A DNA stretch of 64,000 nt from Tubiluchus corallicola (Eukaryota; Animalia; Priapulida). The notes under the pieces were generated by a model. It searched no databases. It was not told the origin of the DNA and saw only the letters and a program-made list of their open reading frames with translations. Of this stretch, positions 1-13,600 are shown piece by piece; within the stretch, counting starts at the first letter, position 1, and each line of letters begins with the position of its first letter. The stretch is from contig JAQGDQ010000038.1 in the NCBI GenBank assembly GCA_030141605.1, positions 310,001 to 374,000 of the forward strand. Direction: 5' to 3'. A program made the translations under genes and the position numbers.

Positions 1-3000
1 CCACGTTTGGCCCTGCCTGGGGTGCTGTAGCATACCAGGTGTTTTTGCTTCTGTACCTGCACGCTAACAATACCAGTGAACAGTGACAAGGTTGTCGGTG
101 TGACAGCGTTAAAAATTGTCCATTCCCACCAATCGGTTGTGAGTATCAGTATTCGTGACTTTTTGGGTTTGTTCTTTGCTCGGCTGCGAAATAGAACTTT
201 TGAGATAAACGCGATTTTTGCGAATAATCAAAGTAAGTGAAAAAGACCGAATGACCTTCCGTGTTTTCTTGCAGCATGTTTATAATAAAGCTGAAGAGTT
301 TTTAAAAACTCGAAGTACTGAGAAGATTCTGAAAGTTGAAGCTGAAGCTAAGCTAAAGTGCACTACTACGTTTGATGAAATAGAATGCTGTGTCACATTG
401 ACGAATATATTGGTAAACTGTAAGACAGTTTCAGAAGTTTTCGTCATATGAATAGCGACGTTAAAGTTCTATATTGGTAATAATTGACTGAGAAAAACCA
501 AACGTGAGAAGAAAAATGTGTGACAGTGAAGACTTCAGATATGTTCCTCTATAATTAATGACGATTCCAAAAAACATGATGCTAGAGTCAACGGAGATGA
601 AGCCTAGAGCCAGAATAAAATACAAACAAGTAAGTAACAGCTCGGGCTTCTTAAATCCTTGGTTCCATTATTGGCCAGAGGATCGAGTATGAAATGATGG
701 CGTGTTGTAACGATAGAGTAACGAGCTAATCATTATAAATTTATAATTATTATATAACCAGGTTATTTTGACTGAGCTGACAATGAATAAAACAACGGAT
801 TCCTTTATTTCCAGAACAAATTTAATGACCTGCAACTTGTTTTAGATGTGTTATCGTGTTTCTGGGATTTCTGCAATTTCTACTGGGTCTGATTATGAAA
901 TAGTCACATATTTAGAGCTTATTTTTTGACTAATTGCTTAAACTACAAAAATGTGGCATATGCAATTTTGTTAATGCAGTATTGTTAATATTTTGTCCAT
1001 TTGCGTATCTGTCGGTTTTTCTGACCAGAGGTCAGGGTCAGTTTGGCCAAAACCCAATTTGAAAATCAATAAATGTATCTGATGCTAAGTAGCTCCATTA
1101 TAGCTTATAATATATGGAATAAAAATTTGTTAGAAAACGAATTGAAGAGTGTGGATTGTGAGCTGCAATATTTTCCTGGTTTCTTGTAGTACATATATAT
1201 ATATACGTGTACATAACGGTTTTTGCTGGACACTACATGACGATGTTACCACGTGTGTTTTAACATCATAAACAATATTAAACATGTAAGCGTGTCGTAA
1301 AATTTGTATTACAGAAACATTCATAATTACTAATTTAAAATGTTACCGCCAAATTTTACTGGAAGTCGCTTTTTAATTAACATACATGTATAATGTCTGT
1401 ACAACTGGGCATAATTTTTTTTGTGTCCTACACCGTCTGATTTATCATTTTTCAAGCAAAACTAGGTACAGTTTTCTTGTACGCATATTATATATGGGCT
1501 TTTTACTTGTCTCTGTTTTCATTTGATATGTTTTTGTTTATATTTTATTAAAGTACCTTCATTAAAGTTTTATCAATGTAAAATTTGTTTTTGCGTAATG
1601 TTCCCTTCTAAACGTTAAGGCGCCCTAATAATTTCAATATACAATTTGGAAATTGTAGTTTATACTTAGTGTGAATGTCTTGATCGGTCAGAATTGTTTT
1701 CTATTTTTACCACTATAGGCTTTTGTTCTGTGAGCGAAGTGTGTACAGTACAGTAAAAAATGTTTAATTCTTTGGGTACGCATTCCTTTCCCATATTTGG
1801 GCAATGGAATTTTGGGTTTTTACAAAACGTCTGTGATAAACTGCCGTGATACTGTCATGTTGTGCTTGTGGACGTTTTATTGTTATTGTTATTTATGCAT
1901 TTATTTATGTATGTAAATTATTTCTTGAATTTTATAGACATAATTGTTGTTACGTTGTTTACGAGTATGTTTGATTATGACTATGATTTTGACATTCGAG
2001 AATTTTGTGCAGAAGCCGCTAATACAGACGACGATGACTGGGAAGCTTTAAATAGGGAGATCTGGGTATGTGGTATTAGTACGTTGAATCCCTTAATTTA
2101 TGGTGTTTTGTAGAAACCTTTCACTTGATTTACATTTTAGGAGCGTCGTTTTTAGTAAACAGAGCCACCTATTGTTCCTGAATTTCCGCACCTGAATGAT
2201 TCAGGCCTTCAGGTTTATTTCAAACAATGTATGACGAATATAAATGAATAAAACAACGATTTTTCTTTCGCTTAAGTTTTTCTAAAATAATAGTAATGGA
2301 ACTTGTGTGGTTATACTTTTTAATTGTAGAACTCCTTAGTTCCTACGTTAAACTGCTAAATGACTTATGAGTTGTATAGGCAAACATGTAATCTGCGTGG
2401 CCTATAGGTGAACAGAATTCTCTATCTTGGCAACTCTTCTCAAATTTGAAATATTTGTAATTGCTTGCAGCAATCCATGCTTGTATTATACACTTTCTTA
2501 AAGGAAAAAATAAGTCACTTGTATGTTAGGTTTATTTTGTTGCTACAATTAAATTTCCTAAAATATAACAAAGAAAGTTGCAAAAAACTGCCTATAGAAC
2601 ATAAATGTTAATTTATACTACAGTTGTACAGAAATTATCTGGCGTAGTGGCTTCGTGAGTGCATCGCGGTCTTTCGTAAACGCGCGCCCATTAAAATAAT
2701 TCAAGCACCTTACTAGTACTCGCGCAGAAATGTCACAAAATTGGCTGTTTAATTTTTTTTGTAAAATCTTATACCTTTGAAACAGATTGACATTTGACAG
2801 TGCCCTGCTTTTCTTCGGTCGACGAATGGCGTCAGTGGCGACAAAATGGCGTTAGAAATAGCAGCGCCCATTAGTTAAACTGATTTTACTAATCACACGA
2901 GGAACTTATTGCACTTTTACTACTAAATCTTTCTCATATTTTTCACGTATATTGAAGTAAGCCTAATTTCCCGGAAAGCTTGGCTTTTCCTTTAACAACA

Positions 3001-3194
3001 GGACAAAAAGACTATTTCAAATATGCAATTTACAGACATTTTCATTCTTCCAATCTTTGCTGACGTGTCTGGATGCCTCCCTCATTAAGCTCCTGGAGTA
3101 TTCAGGTGGAAGCTTAAAGCTAGAAAATTTTGATTCATTTTTTAAGGCTACTGAAAATAACTAAATGGGTTTTCTCTTATCTTTTCCTATATAT

Positions 3195-3430
3195 TAGCTT
3201 AATGGGCTTAATGGTAGCGTGCACGCTTCCCACCCTGGAGGTCGCGGGTTCAACTCCCAACCTAGCCATACAAAAGACTTAATAAATGATAGCGTTGGTT
3301 CTTCGACCAAGCATACGAATTTGTCAGAGTAACATTCGGGTAATAATAATAGAGACCACCTTGGAAATAAGTATTGAGTTACTTTAGATGTTATTCCTAG
3401 ACTATATCATAAACGAAATTATTATTATTA
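3195..3430 (+). mobile_element. tRNA-derived SINE (MetaSINE-like core, (ATT)n tail)
   Basis: A-box-like TGGGCTTAATGG (about 3203-3214), B-box GGTTCAACTCC (3247-3257), central CATACAAAAGACT..AAATGATA resembling the Meta domain, LINE-like 3' end GAGACCACCTTGGAAATAAG, and tail ATTATTATTATTA. Confidence 0.8.
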
Positions 3431-4460
3431 TGTAAAAAGTTTAGCTTTTAGTGACAAACTCAAAAATAGAGATGTAGATAAGGAGATTCTGCTTTTGTTA
3501 GTTCGGCTCATTTCCTGCTCATTCGTTGACTGATTGCATTTTCTAGAGATGAAAAATTAGACATTAAAAAAATTTGTTTCGCCATTCCAAAGCAATTTCA
3601 GTTCCTAATTGTTGAAATTAGGGCATTTTAAAATTTAGTTGTCAGGTTACGTAATTAATTGCGCATAATTGATGTAAATGGTGGCAGGGAACTCATGCAG
3701 AAAACTTTGCCTATTATCATCTCAAACGCAGCTTAACAAAAGACTGGGAGAACCTGGAGGCGGCAAACAATAATACGCTAAGAGCGTCGTAATTGTTGTT
3801 TGTTTAATTTTCGCTTAACAGATTTTTATTGTCCCCGTGATGTGTGAAATTGGAGTTTAAATCACCGTTCAGCCGATTAAATCACAAGCATCAAAACTTT
3901 CCTTGTGGTCGAAGGCATATCTAATCTCTGGAGGCGGAGTTCGATCAAGTATTGCAATTCGGAGTTGGCGAATTGAACGGTGGTAGAAATTTGTTGCTGT
4001 TGTGATAAGTTGGAGAAATTTAAACGAACTAGCGTATTATAATCCACTTTAAAAAATCATTGGTGCTAGCGAATAATACGAATGCTTGGTAGCGCTGCGA
4101 CGCTAGGCCTCTATTTTAATTACTGTGAAGTGGGCATGTACGAGTAAATAAGGTTATTTGGATGACTGGCTCTTACTCACAAGTATACCTTGAAGTGTGA
4201 TGCGAGACAGTTTGAGGCTTGTGAGAGAAATGGAGCGTTCGCAAAGAAGTGCTCGTTTTCGTTTAGCGGCGTGGAAGCGGGCACTCCAACAATAATTTTC
4301 TTCGTATATACGTTTGCTGGAGATGACATGTTTGCTGAAACTCTTCGAGGGCTGCTGTAACTGAAGTGATAGCTGCCAGATGTTGGAAGCTTGGTGTAAT
4401 TTACAGCCGGTCTGGTTAAAGTAAAACGCTGCATTTATTCGTAAATTATTTTGAACAATT

Positions 4461-4625
4461 ATGGTAGTAATTGCGACAAACGGGAACCCACTAACTCCGG
4501 CGGGCTCAGAGAATGACTGGAACATTCCCGTGAGATCAGAGATGGGATGGACAGTGCCAATGGGCACAGACATTGGGTGGCAGATGATACCTTCCGAGTG
4601 GACTTGGAATCAGGATTATTACATG
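4461..4625 (+). CDS. RBFOX: Candidate alternative first coding exon of RBFOX (55 aa, Trp-repeat)
   Basis: ATG-initiated, 165 nt, ends ...QDYYM|GTGAGG in phase 0, matching the phase-0 acceptor at 13190 (HMVQ...). Composition is more GC-rich than the flanks. Confidence 0.65.
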
Positions 4626-7600
4626 GTGAGGCAATTTCGTCTTAAGACAGTCTCCTTTTTTCTCGCTGAGCATCATACGTAATAAAGTAAACAACCTAAT
4701 TGCTTAATATTTCTGATCGATTTAAGTTACGTTTACGAACAAACCATGTTTTTTAAACTGGATGTTATTACTTTTCCGAAAATCTCAAATTTATTTTAGC
4801 CAGAAACCGTACAGTTTTAGAGAATTGCTTTTCGGGTAAAAGTATTCAGGAAGCGTTTATTATTCCTACCATGAGCAATCGACTGCTTATTCTTAGCTTA
4901 GTCTTTCGTGGATTCGTAGATAAGAATCCACGAGACATTGCTTTGTAATAAATGACTTTGGTTTTGAAAAGTTGAGTTATATATATTACGACAATTTCAT
5001 ATCTCAGAATTACCATGATTGTATTTTATTAAAACTGTTCCAGCTGATCATATACAGATTTAGCACTGTAATTATCCAGTTACGTGTTTGTGTGCTTGTG
5101 CAGGGGCTTATTGTTTTCTATAATACTCAGTGTTACACATATATAATAAAACTGTTGATAGTTGTGACCTGTACGATTATTTCGGAGTAACAGTGTCACT
5201 TGTATAACCACTACACTGCACGTCACGTCACAGTTAAGTACGTGTGATTTGTAAAAATTTAAAAACCCGAAGCGCGGGTTGCGCTGTTATGGTATTCCTT
5301 TGAAATCTGTAATATTATGCTGTTTTAAAGCTAATTAATTTGGCAAGTATGTATTGTTGTAGTAGTAGTAGTAGGGGAAAGTAGATACAGGATCACTTTT
5401 CAAGCACTGTCTATTTGCAGAAGAAACTGCGTTGATAAGTTTCTATTTCGCGGGAAAAAATTATCTCCTCGTTTTCGATTTATTTAAAGGCATCTTTTTT
5501 ATTGTGCGTTTATTCACTTTTTTATTGGTTACTTGCTTTTCGCATTGGGATGGGTGTCCATGGGTCTGTAACACGTAGCTGCCATATACGGTTTAACGAA
5601 GCACGTGAAAAATATTGAAAAGATGCCTGTTATGGGTAATTCTTTTTAGTGCACTTTTAGAGAACGTGTGATTTGGTGTTTAAATATGTCAGTCACGTGT
5701 CAGTTTGTCAAGTGAAACTAATTAAAATTTAAGTTGTCAAAACAGGGTTTTTCCATGACTATAAAGTATGAACAAAAACCTGTAACTAACTAAACTTTTT
5801 TCGGAGAGTGATATTAAAACAAAGCAAACTGGGTTAGTGAGTTAACAAATCGGGTCGTCGGACAACCTCTTCCTGCAGTCCCCCGTCATCAAAACAAACC
5901 GGACCGGTAAGTTGACCAACCGAGTCATCAGGACAACTTTTTTCTGATGACCACTGTAATGAAAGCAAACCGAGCCAGTGAGTCGATTTAGCGGGGCCAT
6001 CAGAACAACCTCTTCCTGCAGTGCACTGTCATCAAAGAAAACCGGTCCAGTGAGCTGACCAATTTGGTCGTCAGAATAACGTCTTCCTGCAAGTCTGCCA
6101 TCATTCTCTCTGCTAAGCTGTTCATCACAGTTGGCTGCTACCAGCCTTGTCTGGAATGAATTCATGAAATAACTGTGTGGACTAAACTCTATGTAAAACT
6201 TCTTAATTGACTGGCTAGCAGCACTTAGCGTCTTTGTTCAAGGCTCACTCGTAAGTTTCAGTATATAGCACATTTGATACTTATTGGTAACCTAAAACAA
6301 GACCTTGTCACCTTGATAGCCTTGTAAGGATTAGTTTTGTTAAGCTGCATGGTAAGTCTAGTAATTCCTTTTATCGTTACTAAGTTATAAATAGTTTTTA
6401 GTCGACAGGGCATTACTGAAAAATGAAAATCACTCATCGGTGTTACCTGGTGTACAGCCTTCAGTGTCCACTATCTATTATTCCGGTTACTATGTTTAGG
6501 CTTCTTTGCTGAGCTAGTGTATTAGGCCAGTGGTTTAGTTTATATAGAAAGGTAGATATCTGTCCGTTCTTTCCGTCTTTTATGCATGCTGTGGCATGCG
6601 CCCAAATGTGGTATATCATAACAACCAACATGGTCCCGGGAAGGCCAAAATGGCTCTTCGGACATTCTTTATAATTATTATAGCCGTCATAAGTGTGCCC
6701 TCGGAACCAGTATGGTCGTAGAAGAATGTAAGGCTTTAAATTGATACAACTTCAACCTCAATTTTCGGCCAGAATGCCCGCCAAAAATAACGCTTGCAGT
6801 TCGGGTGGACACGCTATTCCGCTATAAATCTAATAACGTAGTTTCTCTTTCTCACTTTATTTTTGCAACTTTGCTCTGTACAAGCTATTGGTCAGTTTTT
6901 TCCTGGGACAGAAATACTATGCCGCGCAGAGAAGTGAAGCGCTTGCTAAGTATTAAGGCTACCTACAATTAAACGCCTCTCCCTCTACTCGTACAGCTGT
7001 AGCCCTCATTGGTGATTAGAGTTTGTATAAGAAAGAGATGTGTTGTCATGGGTCATAAACTTAAGCTCAAATAAGTGTCATATGTGAGAAGAATTGTCAT
7101 AAATTATCTCAGATAATTGCTGTGGTGGTGTTTGCATTTAGTTTTATTTTAGTGGTCGATGACCTCTTGCCTTTTTTCTATGTTGAACAGTGATGTCGAA
7201 GAAGTAAGAAAAAGACATCTTAGCGTGTGGAGTTAATAATCCAAGGTAGCCCCAGAACACCGACGTAGGTAGAATAAACAGAAGATTAGTAGCTTTGGTG
7301 CAACTTTTTCGATGCGGGTCTGACATAGCTGGCCTTCATCGTTAGGACGTTGGCCTTCGAAATGGACAATTGCTATGGGTGGCGCCTTTGATGACTTCTT
7401 TTACAGGTGTCTTTTCAGACAAGTAAGATTTCCTATTGTCATTATGTTTTGGCCGTATTAAAGACCTGGCAATTTTGTGATAATTATCATAATTGCAGCG
7501 ACTATTGGTATAGAAACGGGCAATGTCCTGCAACGGGGTTTTCTTAGCTTTTTGTGCTTATTTTGTGCAAATAGAAGTAGAAGCACGTGGCGCATGAAGT

Positions 7601-10600
7601 AGTGAAAGCATGCTAGAACTACTTACTTGCCGCGCTGACATTAGATCACACTGATTTTTACGATGATTTTTTGTTATGCACTCAAGGTTGAACTAAAAAG
7701 GCTAAAAAGCACTTTGCATTATGAGAGTTGAATTTCGTGAGTTTTGCGGGGTCGAATTTCGGTAAGCTTCAAATCGTCCAGAAACTGTCAATTTGTTATT
7801 ATTTTGGTGCTGGGAAATGATTGAAAATTGATCAGAATAGTGCAGCTTCACTCTGTGATCAGCTTGCGCATTGTATAGCCTATTCTGCATGCAGAACGTA
7901 ATTCGACTTTAGTTTAACTATTTGTTCAACCTTCAGTTCCTTTCATAAAAGTTCACTCAGTGCAGAATTGGTATAATCATGTTTATATAGGTCTCAATAA
8001 ATCATTTCCATTTTATACGCCGCTTCATTGTCATTGTCGTTTAAGTATTACGTGGTACCTAATTCTATTGTGTTTTGATTACTGATATTTCAGAATATTT
8101 CTAAGGATTGATAACTTTAATCTTTGAAATTACAAAGCGTCTTGTGTAGCACATACAATACTGAGAGACCGTGTATTAATGGAAATTCTGGGCTAATCAT
8201 GCTATTAAAATTGTACGAACGTTCGCCGTTCGATGGTTCGTTAATCTTTAAATTGGTACTGGTCGAATAATAAGAATGTGTAATTTCATGATTTTTGTAA
8301 AATCTTATATAGTAGACTTAAATGTTGCCCGTATTATTACGTTTTATCGTTAATTTCAAGCATGCAATTGATGCAGTTTTTCATGTAAAAGATGCGCTGA
8401 ATCACCATATTATAAGAGAAGGAAGAGTTAGCAATTTGTAACCTAACAAAAAGTAACTACATTAAAATAACTCGAATGTAAAGTGACATTTAAATTTTTT
8501 TGTGTAAAATTCAATAAGTTAAGCAAGCTTACCCAGGCCTCGACCCGACGTCATTCCTTTCTTTCGGCCAAGTTTCACTGTTTGGCTACAGAAATTTTGC
8601 AATTGGTGATCACCTTGAGTCTTCTCATTAAGTGAGCATATGTGCATTTGTAAGATTTGAGATGTCTGGTAAGTTGAATATTACTTTTTGGATTTTAATA
8701 GGCTCACGAATTATCATCAACATAAAGTGTAATATTTAACGTGATATACTTCATATTTCCTTTTTTCGTATGCGCCCCTATGTCTTTAGTTAAACTCACC
8801 CTGAAAATGTTTAATTTCATCTCATTAATGTGATAACGAAATTTTTAATCCATATTATAACGATATACACCTTGTTACGATAGGCAGAATGGTAGTTATT
8901 TGGGCACCTCTTCCCTTTTCCTCCTAATATAGACCTATAATACCTCCCTCCCATAGCAATGCTGAGTTCCGTTTATGCTGATGCTGTGCGTAGCAGCAGC
9001 CTCCTTATTGATTTCTCGCCTCCCCATTGGCTCTGATCCTCACTGATTCAGAAGCTGCGGATGGCTTTAGCATCGCTGTACAGAATCACAGCCATTTTGG
9101 GAAGCTCTCTTCTTGTCTTTGTCTAAAACTTGTCGTCTCTCTGATGCTGAATTAAACCTTTTCTGAATTTTCTTGACATCACTTCATCAAATGAGAGCAT
9201 AGGCTTGACGAACTAGCTAGCAAGATGTTGACCATGCCAATGGTAAGCGAAGATTTGAATAATTTATTTACTTTTTTGTCAAATCTTGTGATTCATTTTG
9301 TGTTAACATTAATTTTGTTCATGTCTGCCTATTTAGACATTTTATTGAGTCTACATTACAGTTCACTACATTTATTGATTTAACGTTGCTGATTTGACAT
9401 GTGTTGAACAAGATTGCTGCCAACTAATTTGTAGCTATATTATGATATATTGTCTTTTTGTCTATTACCATTTTTGTAACGTTTGGGTGAGGCAGACATA
9501 GTTGCGCATTGTTTAAAGTCTGTTACACAGAACAAATGATTCTTGACTATGGTCTGGTTTCTTTTATGTACTGTCGTGGGCGACTGGAGTATACAAAAGC
9601 TTGAATTTGTCTTCTTGTTTTCTTAAAATTTGTATGCAACTACTGCTTAACTGGGGTCTTTAGGTCTGAAGTAAGTGGCAACGGGTATTGAACTGGGATG
9701 TCGCGAATCACTAGTCAATAACCTATTTTTAGGCACAAGAATGACAGAAGCTATTGCTTTTACAATTTTGTTAGTTTCTTGAAAGGGGAGAAAATTACAT
9801 TGCCTTTTTATTTAATTATAAACTTCTGGTTAGCATCTGTGCTTGGCACGTCCAGGCAACAATAATGTACGTTTAATTTTGTTAATATACTTCAGCTGAA
9901 GCTGTATAATTAAAGTTGATAGTGTGTCAGGATTGTCTTACAAGCTTGTACTTAGGGGTATGTCAAAGGTGTCTTGACCCTCCAGGTCACTGCTCGGATA
10001 TTTAGCGCCGCTCACGGTGTTTTCCGTGGAAAATATTAACGTAGAAATTTCTTAGTACCAAATTGTCTCTTTCATGGTATTTTGTAATCTGCGTGCGTCA
10101 TTTACTGTTAACCCACTGAGCTACATAAGTAAGTTCAGATATAGCAGCGGGATTTGAATTCTATGGGCCATCAATATTTGATGGTAATGGATGTCTAATG
10201 TTCAGCGTGTGAATGCCAAACGCACATTTGCAGGACTGCATCAGCTAGGTTCATCTCTTGGGACGTGCAGATGGTCTATTTTGCTTGCTAAAATATCGCT
10301 ATTGGGCTTGGTGGCTACTTTCATCCTACTTTAATGCTAATATACTAGAGTTGAATAGCAGGCAATGGCTCACAACGTAACAGTTAACGTTCTCTTGTAT
10401 TTTTATGTGCATTTCATACTCGGGGGGGATGTCAAATAATGTCTAGTTTAGCTCCATGCTGCGTGTTCTGAATATCATATAACATCTTCAAGCTAAGCAG
10501 CTAGAAGTCTTGGTCTTATGACAGCATTTGGGTGTTTCAATTCAAACTGTATTCTCAGGTTACGGTACTTGGTTGATGAACCTGGAAATCTGGTGAAACT

Positions 10601-13600
10601 AGAACTGCATCCACAGTCAGACGCATTATTTATATTAAACCTGTCGCCTCCTAGCTGCCTCTACGATAGATTAGTGACTTACCCACACCCTTGGCCGAAA
10701 TCACGTCTCGCGAAACCGTAACTTTATTAACTTGATGTAACTGCGAATTTTAAAAGTTCTCGAGAAAGAATGTGCTTTTGATTTGCCTAAGTTTTTTCCT
10801 AAGTAGCAATCAACTTTGTGCATTTCGGATAAGCCACAAGTAACTTATTTATTTCACACAACACATTTACAATAAATTTTGTGTACAACAATACAGTGAA
10901 AAGGCCTACAATAAACATAGCAGTTTACTGTTTCGGAATAGGAAAAGCCTCACACTCACGTCTGCCCATATACTGTATAAGTGCAAATGCGGTGTTATAT
11001 GAGTGTAAATGGATGTATCATAAATAGATATTAGGCTGTATCTTGATACATTTGAGTTTTTGAAATGATTATTCATCGGCCGTCATGATTTTCTATGTTG
11101 TAATTCTCTTGGCCTGCTGCTGTACTAGTTTTTGAATGTAAAAAACAAACTGTTTGCAAGTCAAGTACATGAAAGTTGGCATCTCCTGTGCCTCACACAT
11201 GCAGATGTTTTAATTTGCGGTTTTCCAATTCTCACGTGACACGTATTTATCTGTTAATAACCAGCAGTAAACTTGATTGATGAAACTTGTAATGTTTGTA
11301 TCTCAGTCAACGTGCGACATGATCATGTAATCTTGTAGCCATTGCCAGCGTCCGTGATTTCAATTCCATCTTGGCTAATTGCGTGATAGAAGGATGAGTC
11401 GCGCACTCGTTCTTCAACGAGTCAATCATTGGATCTGTTATTGGCTTCATTTGCTGTAAAATTTATCCTTAGGTCATCAGTATGAAATTGTAACGTAATG
11501 AAACTAAATCATTGTAGTGCCATCAATATATTAAACACTACCATGCTTTTGCATTTGTGAGTACTAATAATTTTTTTTTCACTCACGTTCCAAATTTTGG
11601 AGAAGTTTTATTCATTTTTCCTGTAAGCAGGACGCATAGGGCGGTACTAATTTGGGTTCCAGGCCAAATGGGAGTCAGAAGCGTCAACAATGCACGTTCA
11701 GGTAATTGTTGTTCACGGTTCGAGTTTTCCCTTAATTCAGGTTTACTGGTAACAGAGGGCTTGGCATAATGTTGTTATATCATGGAAAATTTGAAGATCG
11801 ACAGTAAAACACTGAGTCGCTGACCAGTTTTGCATTTATGAACTGGTCCCTGAGTGGGAACAAATTATTTTTACTGAGATGAATTTATTGTTTCATAGCT
11901 CTTGGCATATTACATGTTCATTGTTCAAGGCTCATACCTTTATTTTTGTGATAACCATAAAACTTTTTACATTGAAACTAAAATACGCGAGGATATCGTG
12001 CTTGTATTTGACAAGTACGTCACTTTTTAAATTAAAAATAGATCACGCATCAAAATTACTAGTGGGGTTTTCAACGAAAAAATTGAATTTTTTAATAACC
12101 TGTGCAGTCGTGCCAGAACAACCAGCCTTAATAAAATGGCCTGATCCCTAGCATCTTAATCAACAAATTAGTTTTATTATTTTTCTAACCATTTTGTGGT
12201 ACCTTTTGCAGTGAGAGTCGGTGTTTATTTCCAATGTGATGATGATGTTCTCTTTTCAGCATAGCTTTTTGCAGTTTCTTACCTTGTTAGCTTTTACTGT
12301 TCCTGAATAGAGGGTGATCAGTATAACATTCGTTATCCTTTAATAAACTTTATACCCAGCGAGGCCCTGCGGATGTGTGAGGTGCAATTAAACCTGTCTT
12401 CTTCATGCTTTTCTAGTCTCAAAGATAATTGGGAAGCCAAGAGGTGTTGATTCATTCCTGGCCTCTTTGAATAACAAAGGTTATAAAACATAAGTGTTCA
12501 CCACTCTATCTGAGAAAATTCTGAAAAAGGAAAAAGAGACAAGGGAGAAAGAAACGTTGGCCTCTCATTTATTAACTAACTAGTCTTGAACTTGTAATTT
12601 ATATGAACCATATTTTCCTTTATCTAAATGAATATATTGCTTTGTAAGTCAAACTGACTGTAAACATTGATTTATATATGAACAAGAAACTATTGAACAA
12701 ACTTAACTAAAATAAGACATGCGCTAAATTAAACATAGACTTTTTCATATTATTATTATGTTTGGAGCACATTATGCTGTCTGTGGGATTTGTTGATTTT
12801 TGGCAGTTAGTAGTTGTTCTTTGCAAAGGTTTTAAAACTACATTGGTATAATATGGTATCAAACGAAATTGGCACTAGAGACGAGGTCTCGATGAGAGGT
12901 TTGTTCTTCGTAATTAAATAATGTAATCTGAACTAGCAGTTGGTATTAATGTGTTGCATATAAAGTGTAGCTAAGTAGATAATGTCATAGAACATATTTG
13001 TGACAGAATTGGCATTACTGAATTTGCTCTGTATGGTAAAAATGAACTAATTGTTGTAATGTATGTAATGTCTTACTATTACTATTTCTTTTTAAGGTCT
13101 TACACGTCACAACACAGAATACAGTCGTGACATGATAGGATTAGTAATTACAACCTTCTGTGTGTAATTACATTCTTTTATATTTTCAGCACATGGTGCA
13201 AACGCAGATGAATCCTGTGTACTCTCAGCACACACAAAATGGCGATGACACAGCAGCTGCTGCTATGGTGACAACACCCTATGTTCAAACTCCACAGGGC
13301 ATCGTACTGGCCACTCCCCATGCCCCTACTGCCAAAGACAGCATGCTGATAAAGCACGAACCTTCAGCAGCAAATTCTTCAACAGTTGAAACTCAAACAG
13401 TAGGTGGTTTCTGTTTTTTGCCAGCTCTGCATATAATCCTGTGTTCTTTTGAATGAGGACATCGGTTTTAGAAATCCTATGTTTTCTGCTTCTTCCATAT
13501 TACATATACTTACTCGTACATATTAGCATTATTGACAGCCTTGTGGAAGAAACAGCTTGTATACTGTAATTATACCGTCGCGCTTGCACTATTCCTGATT

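Noticed and set aside
218-451. 77-aa plus-strand ORF as a gene
   Set aside because: Non-ATG start, no recognisable domain and no phase-compatible partner exon found.
3195-3265. tRNA gene
   Set aside because: A and B boxes are present but there is no clean acceptor stem, and the sequence runs into a SINE body and (ATT)n tail.
4154-4573. Minus-strand 139-aa and 85-aa ORFs
   Set aside because: Antisense shadows of the GC-richer RBFOX first exon and 5'UTR; no domain.
5848-6095. CRISPR-like array
   Set aside because: Eukaryotic context, the whole unit is repeated (no unique spacers), and no cas genes.
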